Positions 40,407-51,008 of a stretch of 64,000 bases of DNA are shown piece by piece (position 1 is the first letter of the stretch; each line of letters starts with the position of its first letter). The notes below the pieces were generated by a model. That model saw only the letters and a program-made list of their open reading frames with translations. It was not told the origin of the DNA and did no database searches. The position numbers were made by a program, and so were the translations under genes. Source of the stretch: an uncultured archaeon (GTDB lineage Archaea > Thermoproteota > EX4484-205 > JAAOZP01); assembly GCA_938045545.1 (NCBI GenBank), contig CALIBN010000017.1, forward strand, positions 64,519 through 128,518, written 5' to 3'.

Positions 40407-41798
40407 TTAAGCCTGGTCTTCAGGCTCCACGTGGACGACTACTTCAACTTTTCCTTCAAGACTGTGTTCAACACGGTGCTCGAGCCTGGAAGCCGCCTCA
40501 TGGGCCTCAGCCATGCTCCTGTCCCCCTTCATGCTGACGGTGAGCTCTATCCTGTTTAAGCCGGAGGCTTCTTTGAAAATCCTTATCCTCCTAAGCCCCT
40601 TAACGCTGTGGAACTGCTTAACTTCTTCCTCAACAGCCTGCTTAACCTTAAGGTATAGCGTGGAGTTTGAGCCGATTGTTCTAATGGGTGTGACGGCTGA
40701 GCCGGCTGTCTCCACGTGAACCATGACGCTTCCAACGTTCTCCACGTTTTTCAAAACGTTCTCCTCCACATCGTCGGCAATCCTGTGAGCTTCGGAAAGG
40801 CTCATCTCCGACGGGACTTCGATATGCAGAGAAACTAGCATTTTACCATTCGTCTGTGAAACAAGAATATCGTGAACGTTCAGAACATTCTTGACTCTAA
40901 GCGCAGAATCCTTTATGATTCCACGTAGGTTTTCAGAACCCTTTGGAAAAGTATGGGTTCTTACAACCACCTCTCCTTCGACAATCCTTGAAATTTTCTC
41001 CTCGACATTCTTAACGCTCTTCTGAATGCTTGAAACACTGCTCTCCACCGGCACCAGTGCGCCGACGTCAACATACGTCTTTTTATCCAGCCTTCTTACG
41101 TTCAAGTAGGAAACTCCGTCCACACCATACTCCTCCTCTAAAACCCTCCTTATTCTTCTCACGATGGCTGGTGATGCAGTGTCGGTCAGCTCCAAACCTG
41201 TTTCGTAAAGCAGCTTGGCGTTGAGATAAAGCATCATGGCTGAGAGTAAAAGGCCTGCGGCAACATCAGCGTAAGCCATGTTGAAATATCCCGCTAGAGT
41301 AAAACCTAAAAGGGCTATGAGAGTGTCGGAAAAGTCGGCTAGAGCGTGGAACATGCCCGCTTTCAAGCTGGGCTCGCCGCCCGGAGCCTTCGAAAGCAGC
41401 GTGATCCTAGTGAAATCCACGGCCAGCGTGTAGGCCAGCGCTAGGAACCCTACTGGGCCAGGGTGGACTGGAGACGGGTTGGTAAACCTATCTAGGCTTT
41501 GCAGGATAAGCTGGGCAACGAGGTAAAGAAGAACTATGCCGCTCGCGAAGGATCCGAGGGTTTTTATCCTGCTGTGCCCATACGTGTGGCTTTCGTCCGC
41601 GGGCTTAAGGCTAATCCTGTACGTTATGAAAAGCATTCCGGTGACGAGGAAATCATAAGCAGCGTGAATCGCGTCTCCAAGGATCGCTAGACTGTTAGTG
41701 AGGATTCCCGCGGCAACCTCCAGCAGCATTACTGAGCCTATTAAAAATGTGGATGCTAAATGCGTCCTCAGAATTCTCTCTTCCTCTTTTTTACCCAA
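40407..41798 (-). CDS. Cation diffusion facilitator with three C-terminal dimerisation-type domains
   Basis: SLAILGDAIH...D, HTYGH and HALAD; repeated SLSEAHRIAD/HVE and AEAHEAA/HVEP. Confidence 0.88.
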   Translation of the reverse strand: MGKKEEERILRTHLASTFLIGSVMLLEVAAGILTNSLAILGDAIHAAYDFLVTGMLFITYRISLKPADESHTYGHSRIKTLGSFASGIVLLYLVAQLILQSLDRFTNPSPVHPGPVGFLALAYTLAVDFTRITLLSKAPGGEPSLKAGMFHALADFSDTLIALLGFTLAGYFNMAYADVAAGLLLSAMMLYLNAKLLYETGLELTDTASPAIVRRIRRVLEEEYGVDGVSYLNVRRLDKKTYVDVGALVPVESSVSSIQKSVKNVEEKISRIVEGEVVVRTHTFPKGSENLRGIIKDSALRVKNVLNVHDILVSQTNGKMLVSLHIEVPSEMSLSEAHRIADDVEENVLKNVENVGSVMVHVETAGSAVTPIRTIGSNSTLYLKVKQAVEEEVKQFHSVKGLRRIRIFKEASGLNRIELTVSMKGDRSMAEAHEAASRLEHRVEHSLEGKVEVVVHVEPEDQA

Positions 41799-41912
41799 GA
41801 CTTTTTGTTGAGGCAGGCTTCAAAAAAGCTGCTTTTAAGCTTATTCTGTTCGAGAGGAAGGGGCTTAAGTAGCCTTTAAAACTTAAAATCCTTATCAAGC
41901 CGCTCTCAACCA

Positions 41913-42578
41913 ATGTTTCCAACAGGGGACGAGACTAAGCGTTATACATATCCGATCATAATTTACATGCTGATAGGTATTAACACTGGTGTCTTCATCT
42001 TGGAGTTGTCAGACACATGGGCCTACGAGCTCATGATATTGCAATACGGCTTTATACCTAGGCTTCTGACGCTCAACCCCTTTATGGGAGTGTTAAGAAT
42101 GTTAACATCCATGTTCCTTCACGCGGATATTCTGCATATCTTCGGCAACATGCTTTTCCTCTACGTCTTCGGAGACGATGTGGAGGACAGGATGGGGCAC
42201 GTCAAGTTCCTGTTTTTCTACCTTTTCTCCGGGGTTGCCGCATGCCTGGCTCACTTTATGATCGACCCCGTTTCAATGGTTCCCGCCATAGGGGCTTCCG
42301 GCGCTATCTCCGGGGTCATGGGTGCGTACATGGTTATGTTTCCCTTCGCCAGGGTGAGGGTTTTCTACCGCTTCTTCATGGTGCGGCTTCCCGCCGTTGT
42401 CTACCTGGGATTCTGGTTCCTAATGCAGCTTTTAGAAAGCATGCTTCCGGAATATGTTGGAATCGCGTACTGGGCCCATATCGGCGGGTTCGTAACTGGA
42501 GTAATCGTTGCACTACTGTTCTTCAGAGGAGAACGTAAACGTCGCGTTGACCAATATTCTTATTACAATTACTCTTAA
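41913..42578 (+). CDS. Rhomboid intramembrane serine protease
   Basis: SMFLHADILHIFGNM, GASGAISG and AHIGG motifs. Confidence 0.93.
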   Translation: MFPTGDETKRYTYPIIIYMLIGINTGVFILELSDTWAYELMILQYGFIPRLLTLNPFMGVLRMLTSMFLHADILHIFGNMLFLYVFGDDVEDRMGHVKFLFFYLFSGVAACLAHFMIDPVSMVPAIGASGAISGVMGAYMVMFPFARVRVFYRFFMVRLPAVVYLGFWFLMQLLESMLPEYVGIAYWAHIGGFVTGVIVALLFFRGERKRRVDQYSYYNYS

Positions 42579-42769
42579 ACTTCCCTATTCGTCTAGCCAT
42601 AGTTGAAAATCATAGATTTCGCCCCCTGTTTCACTGTATTAACACACACTCTGCCAAGCTTTCCTCATATCATTAGAGCACGGTCTGAGCTCGCATGCGA
42701 CACAGCCCGTGACTAGCCGGAATGAAGCCGGGCCAAGAGCCCGTGGAGCCCCGGTTTCAAGCTGCGTCG

Positions 42770-43771
42770 TCAACAAATCCTTGGCAATGGTATCCCGTGA
42801 AGCATGGGTAGGCTTCTAACTCCTCCAACTCTTGTTAAAAGCCTAACTTCGCCGGTCTTAGATCTTCCAGACACTCGGCCTATTACGCAGGCGTCTCTAC
42901 TGACCTCGAGCCTCCTCAAAGCCCTTAATGTCTCCTCAGCGTAGCGTGGTGGCGTGAATATGATGAGCCTGCCTTCACACCCAAGGTAGAGCGGGTCTAT
43001 TCCAAGGATCTCACAGAGGCTTGAAACCCCCTCCTTGATAGGTACCTTCTCCTCCTCAACCTCTATTATGACTCCGGAGGACTCCGCGACCTCGTTGAGC
43101 GAAGTCGCCAAGCCCCCTCTAGTGGGGTCTATAAGAGTGTGGAGGATTGTTTTCCTCCTGACGAGTGTTTCAAGAATGCTTGCCAGGGGGGCGCAGTCGC
43201 TTGAAACATTCGTCTCCAGCTGGAATTCCCCCCTGGCGGCGAGGACTGCAGCACCATGGTCTCCAACACTCCCCGTGACGATCACGGCATCCCCTGGCCT
43301 CGCGTTCAATGTTGAAACCCTAATGTTGGGGTATACTCTTCCAACGCCTGAAGTGTTTATGAAAATCTTATCACAACCCCCTTTCTCAACAACCTTCACG
43401 TCTCCAGTCACTATCTTGACTCCTGCCCTCTTAGCAGCGTCTCCAACGCTTCCAATAATCCTCATGAGAAAATCCTCTGCCAACCCTTCCTCTATTATCA
43501 GCGACAGGCTCAGGTACTCAGGCTTAGCGCCCATCGTAACAAGGTCATTCACAGTACCGTTGACCGAGAGCATTCCTATGTCGCAACCATTGACGACAGG
43601 GGGCTTCATCACAAAGGAGTCGGTTGTGAAAGCAACCCTGCCCTTGGGAGTCTTGAACACGGCCTTGTCAACCCCCCTTCTATGAGTGTTGAGCCTGCCG
43701 GCTATGACTCCTATAAGCTCGTGCATGAGTCTTCCGCCGGCGCCGTGCTCCAGGATTATTTTTCCACCCAT
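42770..43771 (-). CDS. hypE: Hydrogenase maturation protein HypE
   Basis: HGAGG, TTDSFV, GTVND, DPTRGG and C-terminal LPRIC. Confidence 0.95.
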   Translation of the reverse strand: MGGKIILEHGAGGRLMHELIGVIAGRLNTHRRGVDKAVFKTPKGRVAFTTDSFVMKPPVVNGCDIGMLSVNGTVNDLVTMGAKPEYLSLSLIIEEGLAEDFLMRIIGSVGDAAKRAGVKIVTGDVKVVEKGGCDKIFINTSGVGRVYPNIRVSTLNARPGDAVIVTGSVGDHGAAVLAARGEFQLETNVSSDCAPLASILETLVRRKTILHTLIDPTRGGLATSLNEVAESSGVIIEVEEEKVPIKEGVSSLCEILGIDPLYLGCEGRLIIFTPPRYAEETLRALRRLEVSRDACVIGRVSGRSKTGEVRLLTRVGGVRSLPMLHGIPLPRIC

Positions 43772-43774
43772 TAC

Positions 43775-44863
43775 TCACAGCCCCGCGTAATAGTATGCTG
43801 CGCATGTTCCCTCGGAGGAAACCATGCACGGCCCTACCGGGTTATCTGGCCTGCAAACCCTTTTGTAAAGGCTGCATTCAACGGGTTTCCTGCTGCCCCT
43901 GACGACCTCCCCGCACAGGCATCCCTTAGGCTTAACCGTCTCAACAGGCTTCAACCCGTACTCCTCAACTGCGTCGAAAAACTTGAACTCTTCCCTTAAA
44001 GCCAAGCCGCTTCCACCTATCACGCCGAGGCCACGCCACTCGGAGTCGACGGGTTTAAAAACCTCGTGCATAAGCCTGGCCGCCTTAACGTTCCCCTCGT
44101 ACCTCACGGTCCTCGTATACTCGTTCTCAACCATACTCCTTTTTTCAACAAGCTGCTGCAGGATCATGCGGACTGACTCAACTATGTCGACAGGCTCGAA
44201 ACCGGTCACTACCGCAGGGACACCGTATTTCTCCACGAGCTTAACATACGGTCTAACACCTATTATCGTGCTCACGTGGCCCGGCAGTATTAACCCGTCT
44301 ATCTCAAGGTCCTCAGCCTGGAGCAGCATGTCCAACGCTGGCGGCATCGTTTTAAAAAGGCTTATCAGCCTAAGGTTGCTGACCCCCCTCTTCCGGCACT
44401 GGAGTATGGTTGAGGCGAAGAGCGGCGACGTAGTTTCGAAACCTATCCCCGCCATGACGAACTCTTTCCTAGGCTCCTCCTCAGCCATTTTAAGAGCATC
44501 GTAGGGAGAATACATGACCCTTATGTCTAGGCCTTCGCTCCTAAGGGTTAACAGGCTCCTGCCGTTCAACGGAACTCTCATCATGTCCCCGAAGGTAATC
44601 ACGGTCTTCCCTGCTTCAGCAGCCTGGAAGACAAGTGAGAAGCCGGAGTCGGGTGTCACGCAAACGGGGCAGCCTGGGCCTGAAATAAGGTCAAGATTCC
44701 CCCTGAAAAGCCCCTTCAGGCCGTGTCTTGCTACAGACATCGTATGCGTTCCACATACCTCCATTATCTTGACTTCCCTTCCAAGCCTTTCAAGAAGCTC
44801 GTTAGCCTTGTTAGCTATCCTTCTGACAAGCTCCCCATCCCTATACTCTTGCATGAATCTCAT
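43775..44863 (-). CDS. hypD: Hydrogenase maturation protein HypD
   Basis: MEVCGTHT, SGPGCPVCV, GFETT, PGHVS and GPCMVSSEGTC motifs. Confidence 0.96.
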   Translation of the reverse strand: MRFMQEYRDGELVRRIANKANELLERLGREVKIMEVCGTHTMSVARHGLKGLFRGNLDLISGPGCPVCVTPDSGFSLVFQAAEAGKTVITFGDMMRVPLNGRSLLTLRSEGLDIRVMYSPYDALKMAEEEPRKEFVMAGIGFETTSPLFASTILQCRKRGVSNLRLISLFKTMPPALDMLLQAEDLEIDGLILPGHVSTIIGVRPYVKLVEKYGVPAVVTGFEPVDIVESVRMILQQLVEKRSMVENEYTRTVRYEGNVKAARLMHEVFKPVDSEWRGLGVIGGSGLALREEFKFFDAVEEYGLKPVETVKPKGCLCGEVVRGSRKPVECSLYKRVCRPDNPVGPCMVSSEGTCAAYYYAGL

Positions 44864-45075
44864 TCTTTAAAAACCTCCTTGAGCGCTTCCAGCATCTCTA
44901 TGGCTGTCTCCTGGTCGAGAACCTCTATGGCGAAACCGGCGTGAACAATAACGTAGTCTCCAATGGCAACATTGTCGACAAGGTCCAGCCTCACGCTTCT
45001 GCGGGTGCCTCCGAATGAGACAACAGCCTCCTCTCCTTTAACCTCCTCAACCCTTCCAGGTATGCCCAAGCACAA
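44860..45075 (-). CDS. hypC: Hydrogenase maturation chaperone HypC
   Basis: MCLGIPG N-terminus and GDYVIVHAGFAI. Confidence 0.96.
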   Translation of the reverse strand: MCLGIPGRVEEVKGEEAVVSFGGTRRSVRLDLVDNVAIGDYVIVHAGFAIEVLDQETAIEMLEALKEVFKE

Positions 45076-45076
45076 T

Positions 45077-47353
45077 TCACTTCTCCTCCATCAGGCCGCT
45101 TGCCACAGCCTGCCCAAGAGATATCCCGCCGTCGTTAGTCGGAACGATATTGTTGAAGAAGGTTTTTAAACCGTGATCCTCAGCTAAACGCTTAACTCTT
45201 GAAGAAAGTATCCTGTTCTGAAAAACTCCTCCCGTTAAAACAATAGCGTCAACACCCTCCTCAAGCCTTATGATGTCCGCCAGCTCGACGGTGATCCTGG
45301 CGATGGTTTCGTGAAACCTTCGGCTGACCGTTTTAACCGGGGTGTTGCTTTTAAGGTCTTCAACTATCGAGCGTATAATGGGGGTGGTGTCCACAACATA
45401 CTCTTTCACACCCGTAATTCTAAACGGGTAGCTTTCTCCGTCGCCCTCGCCAGCAGCCATTTCAAGCATTACAGCCGGCTCCCCCTCGAAGGTTCTTGTT
45501 AAACATATCCCTAGCAGGGCTGAGACAGCGTCGAACATTCTTCCAAGGCCGCATGTCATGGGGGTGTTGATCCTCTTGTCAACCATCCTCTTCAAGGCTG
45601 TTTTAAAACTGTCGTTCAACCCCATGTTTATCTTTAAAGCATCATCACCCATCGCATCGTAGAGGTAGCTGAAAGCCATCCTCGCGGGTTCTAGGATAGC
45701 CTTCTCCCCGCCGGGCATCGGTACATATTTGAAGTGGCCCCTTCTAACGTATTCCCCCTTTCTAACGACGAGAAACTCCGATCCCCAGAGGCTCCCGTCC
45801 TCGCCGTAGCCAGTTCCGTCGAAAGCCACTCCCAAAACATCTAAACCCAAAATACTGTTTTCAGCCATTGCTGAAAGAACGTGTGCGTAATGATGCTGGA
45901 CAGCAGCCTTCTCTCCGTCCAGCGAAACCCCTATCCGTGTTGAATAGTAAGCCGGGTGAAGGTCGTGGGCAATCCTGCTGTACTCCAGGTTTAAAAGCCG
46001 TCGCATGCTTCTAATCGCCTCGAGATATCTTTTCCTGATGAGCATGTTTTCAAGGTCGCCCATGTACTGGCTTATGAAAACCCTGCCCTTTTTAGCTAGA
46101 GCAAAAGTATTGTTCAGGTCGGCCCCCATCGCGAGCACGCCGTCAACCTTAACCTCAACCTCAACAGGCTCGGGCACGAAGCCCCTGCTCCTCCTGACTA
46201 GTCTAAGCGTGCCGTCTTGAACGAAGCCTACCGAGTCGTCGGCAAAGTTAACAATCCTACGGTTGAAGGTGAGAATGTAGTCAGCCATATCTTTAAACTT
46301 TTCAAATGCTTCACTGTCCTTGAAAACTATCGGCTCCTCGGAAACGTTTCCACTCGTCAAAACTATTGCCGGAGGCTCAACGCTCCTCATGAGAATATGG
46401 TGTATCGGAGTATAGGGTAGGAAGACTCCGAGATACCTCATGCCTGGGGCGACCTGCTCTACAACAGGATTTGGCTCCCTCTTTCTCGCGAGAATAATCG
46501 GGGCGGAATGATGAGTCAGCCATTCTTTCTCGGAATCGTTAAGATCAACAATCCTCTCAGCCTCCTCAACGCTTTTAACCATTATTGCGAAAGGCTTATT
46601 GCCCCTTCTCTTCCTCCTCCTGAGCTCACTGACACTGCTCCCGCTGGTTGCGTCGCAAGCAAGGTGGAATCCACCGTACCCTTTAACCGCAACTATGAAA
46701 CCCTTGTTTATCAGCCTAGCCGCCTCTGAAATAGGGTTTTCAACCCTAATTGGCCTGCCATCGTGGTAGAGCCTAACCGTCGGCCCGCACCTTCTGCAAG
46801 CATTGGGCTCAGCCTTAAACCTCCTGTCGGAAGGCTCAGAATACTCCCTCTCGCAGTCGCTGCACATCTTGAAAGTTTTCATGCTCGTGTTAACCCTGTC
46901 GTAGGGAAGCTTCTCAAGTATCGTAAACCGGGGGCCGCAGTTTATGCAGTTTATGAACGGGTAAAGATGTCTCCTATCCTCAGGGTTAAAAAGCTCGTTT
47001 AAACAATCCTTGCAGACAGCTACGTCGGGCGGGCAAAGGGTCTCAACCTCCTCGCTAAGGGTCTGTTCAACCCTGAAGCCCCTGTATCCCCTGGGAGTTA
47101 TCTTGACGCAGGAGAATGTTTTAACAACCGCCCTGGGGGGCTTCTCAACCCTAAGCCTCTCTATGAATCGCAGGCAGTCCTCAGGCCTTCCCTCAACCTC
47201 TATTAGCACACCGTTGCCTGAGTTTAATACGAAACCATTCAAGCCTAGGGTGCTGGCAATATTGTAGACGAAAGGCCTGTATCCGACTCCTTGCACAATC
47301 CCATTTACATTAATCCGGTATGCGGCCACCTCCTCCGGCTTCTGGCTGGGCAT
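45077..47353 (-). CDS. hypF: Carbamoyltransferase HypF
   Basis: GIVQGVGYRP acylphosphatase domain, two Zn fingers, KGYGGFHLAC, HDLHP, QHHYAH, DGTGYG and NDGGISLGQ. Confidence 0.96.
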   Translation of the reverse strand: MPSQKPEEVAAYRINVNGIVQGVGYRPFVYNIASTLGLNGFVLNSGNGVLIEVEGRPEDCLRFIERLRVEKPPRAVVKTFSCVKITPRGYRGFRVEQTLSEEVETLCPPDVAVCKDCLNELFNPEDRRHLYPFINCINCGPRFTILEKLPYDRVNTSMKTFKMCSDCEREYSEPSDRRFKAEPNACRRCGPTVRLYHDGRPIRVENPISEAARLINKGFIVAVKGYGGFHLACDATSGSSVSELRRRKRRGNKPFAIMVKSVEEAERIVDLNDSEKEWLTHHSAPIILARKREPNPVVEQVAPGMRYLGVFLPYTPIHHILMRSVEPPAIVLTSGNVSEEPIVFKDSEAFEKFKDMADYILTFNRRIVNFADDSVGFVQDGTLRLVRRSRGFVPEPVEVEVKVDGVLAMGADLNNTFALAKKGRVFISQYMGDLENMLIRKRYLEAIRSMRRLLNLEYSRIAHDLHPAYYSTRIGVSLDGEKAAVQHHYAHVLSAMAENSILGLDVLGVAFDGTGYGEDGSLWGSEFLVVRKGEYVRRGHFKYVPMPGGEKAILEPARMAFSYLYDAMGDDALKINMGLNDSFKTALKRMVDKRINTPMTCGLGRMFDAVSALLGICLTRTFEGEPAVMLEMAAGEGDGESYPFRITGVKEYVVDTTPIIRSIVEDLKSNTPVKTVSRRFHETIARITVELADIIRLEEGVDAIVLTGGVFQNRILSSRVKRLAEDHGLKTFFNNIVPTNDGGISLGQAVASGLMEEK

Positions 47354-47545
47354 CTAATGGTTCAAGATTTTTCCAACAGGCTAAATAAGTTTTCCCCCAA
47401 AAAATCACCGTCACGCCCATTTTTAAAGGCTCTAACATATGCCGCTTTGAGAACCATGGTACTGTTTAAACGCGCTACGCCCCCGCGTTTTTAAGTCATG
47501 CCACATAATGCCGGTTGGGCCAACAGGGATTGTAGATAAGGCTTT

Positions 47546-48508
47546 TTAAACGGCGAGTAGGCTGACCAGCCTATACTTATTCTCATCTATCTTTTTAACG
47601 CTGGTGTACGAGTCCAGTATGCTTATGTCCACAACCCTATTATCCCTGAGGCCTACAAGCCTGTTCTTCTTGCCTTCAGAAATCAGCCTGACAGCATGGT
47701 TTCCGAAGAGGCAGGCTAAGGTTCTCGACCTTGCCGAGGGCACTCCTCCCCTTTGAATATGGCCGAGCACAGTAACCCTGAAATCATATCCCGTCAGCCT
47801 GCTGAGCCTTGAAGCTGTTTCAAACGGGTCTCCCATTGCTCCCTCAGCCTTCACTATTATGCTGGACTTCTTACCTAGCGAACCCATTTTCAAGAGTCTT
47901 TGGCTAACATCCTCATGGGTTACCGGGTGCTCCGGTATCAGAGCGATCTCGGCGCCTGAAGCAAGGGCAACGTCTATGGCGAGGAAGCCGCGTTGCCGTC
48001 CCATAACCTCCACGATGAAAACTCTTTCGAACGTTACTGCAGTATCCCTTATCTTGTCTATTGCTTCCACAGCAGTGTTGACAGCGGTGTCGAAGCCTAT
48101 AGTCTCGTCCACGCCGGCTATATCGTTGTCGATCGACGCAGCCATGACAGCTACCGGTATGCCACTAACCTCGCTAACCTCCTTAGCGCCCTTCAGAGAC
48201 CCGTCTCCGCCGATCGCGACCAGCCAGTCGACGTTCATAGCCTTCAGGTTCTCCGCAGCCTTCTCCAATCCCTCAGGCGTCTTGAAAAGCTCGCACCTGC
48301 TTGATTTCAACACGCTTCCACCCAGGTTTATTATTCCGCTCACATCTCTAGGGCTCAGTTTTCTGAAGGCGTTTTCTATTAGACCCATGTATCCCCTTTC
48401 AACGCCGAACACCTCGAAGCCCTGTGAAGCAGCGGATCTGACCACCGCCCTGATTGCAGCGTTTACACCCGGCGCATCTCCCCCAGGAGTCACTACCGCA
48501 ATATTCAT
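47546..48508 (-). CDS. pfkA: ATP-dependent 6-phosphofructokinase (PfkA family)
   Basis: GGDAPGVNAAIR, GGDGS, SIDNDI, IGFDTA, EVMGR and LGHIQRGG motifs. Confidence 0.92.
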   Translation of the reverse strand: MNIAVVTPGGDAPGVNAAIRAVVRSAASQGFEVFGVERGYMGLIENAFRKLSPRDVSGIINLGGSVLKSSRCELFKTPEGLEKAAENLKAMNVDWLVAIGGDGSLKGAKEVSEVSGIPVAVMAASIDNDIAGVDETIGFDTAVNTAVEAIDKIRDTAVTFERVFIVEVMGRQRGFLAIDVALASGAEIALIPEHPVTHEDVSQRLLKMGSLGKKSSIIVKAEGAMGDPFETASRLSRLTGYDFRVTVLGHIQRGGVPSARSRTLACLFGNHAVRLISEGKKNRLVGLRDNRVVDISILDSYTSVKKIDENKYRLVSLLAV

Positions 48509-48589
48509 CGGCTAAACCCTGTCTCGGCCTTGATAAAAAGCTTCCGCGGTTAAGAGTTTTTAAACATGCTTTGAGGCTAAATCTGCATA

Positions 48590-49615
48590 TTGAAGGAGGA
48601 TGAGGGGCTTCCCGAGGTGCTTGAGGAGGTCGCTAGGAGTGTTGAACCAGTGATTTACGATGCTCTCTCAGAGAATGCTTCGCCGGAGTTTCAAGAGGTT
48701 CTGCTCTACCCTGTGAAGGCGGGTGGAAAACGGATTCGGCCGGCAGTCCTGATGCTTTCATGCGAGGCTGCCGGCGGGAATCCTGAAGACGCTTTGAATG
48801 CTGCAGCAGCCATAGAGCTTATCCACAACTATACTCTCATAATAGACGACATTATTGACCATGGTGAAGTCAGGAGGGGTATGCCTACTTTATGGCGGAA
48901 GTATGGTTTAACAATGGCTCTTCTCGCCGCGGTTCAGTACAGGGAGGTTGTTTCAGAGCTCCTGCTGAAGTCTAGGAACTCTAGCAGGCTACTCTCCATC
49001 GTTGACCGTTATGTGATGAGGCTCGTGGAGGGTGAGCGTCTAGACGTTCTCTTTGAACAGGTTGGTAGGGAGGACGATCCTTATGTTGTTGAACACCGGA
49101 GGATGAGCGTCGGTTTCGACGATTACGTGGACATGGTTGCCCGCAAGACTTCTTCCCTCTACGAGGCGAGCGCGATGATGGGCGCTGTGGAAGCAGGTGC
49201 GGACGAGAATATTGTTGAAGCCTTCAGAGGTTTCGGCTTAAACCTCGGAATATCTTTCCAAATTGTCGACGACCTTCTAGACCTGTTCGGCTCAACTGTT
49301 GAAACTGGTAAGCAGGTTGGGAAAGACATTTTAGAGCATAAGCTTGGAAACATGCTGATTCTCAGGGGGTTGGAGAGGATGGATGGTGAGAGCAAAAGGT
49401 TTTTCATGAGTGTTTTAAGAAGTAAACAGGTTTCCCAAGAGGATTTAGACGAGGCTTTAAGCATTCTGGCTAGAACCGGTGTTAGGGAGAATGCTGTGAA
49501 GGAAGCCTGGCTTTTCTCCGAGAAGGCTAAGTCAATGCTAAGCATGCTCCCGGATTCAAAGGCTAAGAGGCTCCTGTTCGAGCTTGCCGACTACGTGGTC
49601 TACAGGAATAGGTGA
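48590..49615 (+). CDS. Geranylgeranyl diphosphate synthase / polyprenyl synthetase
   Basis: GGKRIRP, DDIID...RRG, KTSSL, FQIVDDLLD and GKDI motifs. Confidence 0.92.
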   Translation: MKEDEGLPEVLEEVARSVEPVIYDALSENASPEFQEVLLYPVKAGGKRIRPAVLMLSCEAAGGNPEDALNAAAAIELIHNYTLIIDDIIDHGEVRRGMPTLWRKYGLTMALLAAVQYREVVSELLLKSRNSSRLLSIVDRYVMRLVEGERLDVLFEQVGREDDPYVVEHRRMSVGFDDYVDMVARKTSSLYEASAMMGAVEAGADENIVEAFRGFGLNLGISFQIVDDLLDLFGSTVETGKQVGKDILEHKLGNMLILRGLERMDGESKRFFMSVLRSKQVSQEDLDEALSILARTGVRENAVKEAWLFSEKAKSMLSMLPDSKAKRLLFELADYVVYRNR

Positions 49616-49618
49616 GAA

Positions 49619-50413
49619 ATGAAGCCTCTAGTCATTGTCAAGCTTGGGGGAAGCGTGGTAACCAGGAAGAATGAGCCTTTCACGCCTAACACTCCTGTTA
49701 TAGAGCAGGTTTCAAAAGAGGTTTCCGAGCTTCTCCGAGATTACAGCCTTATTCTGGTTCACGGCGGAGGCTCATACGGGCATGTTGTTGCTTCCGAGTA
49801 CCGTATCGCCGAGGGCTATCTCCAGCCAAGCCAGCTCATAGGGCTATCAAGGGTTAAGCTGAGGATGAACGAGCTGACTCAGCTGATACTTGCAAGCCTC
49901 GCTTCGCACAGTGTTCCAGCAGTGCCGGTTACTCCTGTCAGCTGCTTAACATGCTCGTCAGGAAGGATAGAAAGCTTTTTCACTGAGCCGCTGAGGATGA
50001 TGCTGAGCCTAGGCCTCGTACCCTTGATCCCTGGGGACATCGCCATGGATTCTTCTGAGAAAAGGTTCACAATAGTCTCGGGAGACCAGTTATCATCTTT
50101 TCTCGCTGTTAGACTGGGTGCCGTCAAGCTTGTATACGGGACTGATGTTGACGGCGTCTTCACCGGCGACCCTAGGCTTGACCCTAACGCAAGCCTGATC
50201 CCCCGGTTAAGGAGGAGCATGTTGTCAGGCCTAACAGCCACGCTTAGAGCGGGCGACGTGACCGGGGGTATCTATAGGAAGATCGAGGAAGGGCTGTACG
50301 CTGCTGAAAAAGGTGTGAAAGTGATGATTGGGAACCTGACACGGCCGGATGCTTTAAGCCTCATGATTACGGATGAGTCCAGTATTGAATGCACTATTCT
50401 AGAAGCCGGATGA
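49619..50413 (+). CDS. ipk: Isopentenyl phosphate kinase
   Basis: [24 protein letters not shown] and DVTGGI..K; adjacent to GGPP synthase. Confidence 0.9.
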   Translation: MKPLVIVKLGGSVVTRKNEPFTPNTPVIEQVSKEVSELLRDYSLILVHGGGSYGHVVASEYRIAEGYLQPSQLIGLSRVKLRMNELTQLILASLASHSVPAVPVTPVSCLTCSSGRIESFFTEPLRMMLSLGLVPLIPGDIAMDSSEKRFTIVSGDQLSSFLAVRLGAVKLVYGTDVDGVFTGDPRLDPNASLIPRLRRSMLSGLTATLRAGDVTGGIYRKIEEGLYAAEKGVKVMIGNLTRPDALSLMITDESSIECTILEAG

Positions 50414-50960
50414 GCCTTGAAGCCACCGCGTAGAGAAGGATTCCCAGCAGTATTCCTCCGAGAATATAAGTGTATCTTACTTCACGGATCGCTTCAGCAG
50501 AGGCTACGAGTACTGCGGACACTCCTATGGCCAGTGGTATGAGTCTCTTGGGTCTTAAACCTGTAGCTGCATGCTTCTCAACTTTTACAGCCGTCTCGCT
50601 TTTCCCAGCCTTTCCGGTTTCCGGATGCGTCACCACTATTGCCCTGCCTTTCCCAACCCTCCCTATTTCAAAGTGGATCTTCAGTATTTCTGAGACTATT
50701 GTTTTCGCAGCCTCTGTAGCACTATACATCTCCACGTTTCCAACCTTCCTTCTAGACACGAGCCTGCTCCTCTCCAACGTCTCCAAATGGTGGTCTACAA
50801 GCTGCCTAGAATACCCCAGAGTTTTAGAGAGCGACGCCACAGTACCCTCTTTGTTAAGCAGTTCCATCACTATCCTTATCCTATGCGGGTTTGAAGCAAC
50901 CTCGATCATCCTGAGCTTCTCAGGGTCTAGCTGGGGCTCTCCGTTCTCCTCGTTCAACAA
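50394..50960 (-). CDS. ArsR-like winged-helix regulator with two C-terminal TM helices
   Basis: SNPHRIRIV...TVASLS...[13 protein letters not shown]; hydrophobic C-terminal hairpin. Confidence 0.7.
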   Translation of the reverse strand: MLNEENGEPQLDPEKLRMIEVASNPHRIRIVMELLNKEGTVASLSKTLGYSRQLVDHHLETLERSRLVSRRKVGNVEMYSATEAAKTIVSEILKIHFEIGRVGKGRAIVVTHPETGKAGKSETAVKVEKHAATGLRPKRLIPLAIGVSAVLVASAEAIREVRYTYILGGILLGILLYAVASRLIRLLE

Positions 50961-51008
50961 CGCTTTTCACAGCAGCTTGGAGTTTCTTAAGCATTCTGAT
51001 CCAGGTGA

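Noticed and set aside
42680-42765. GC-rich intergenic stretch (GAATGAAGCCGGGCCAAGAGCCCGTGGAGCCCCGGTTTC) resembling an IS200/IS605/IS607 right end or a structured RNA
   Set aside because: Only a vague resemblance; there is no tnpA/tnpB remnant and no second copy in the window. An Infernal or ISfinder search would be needed.
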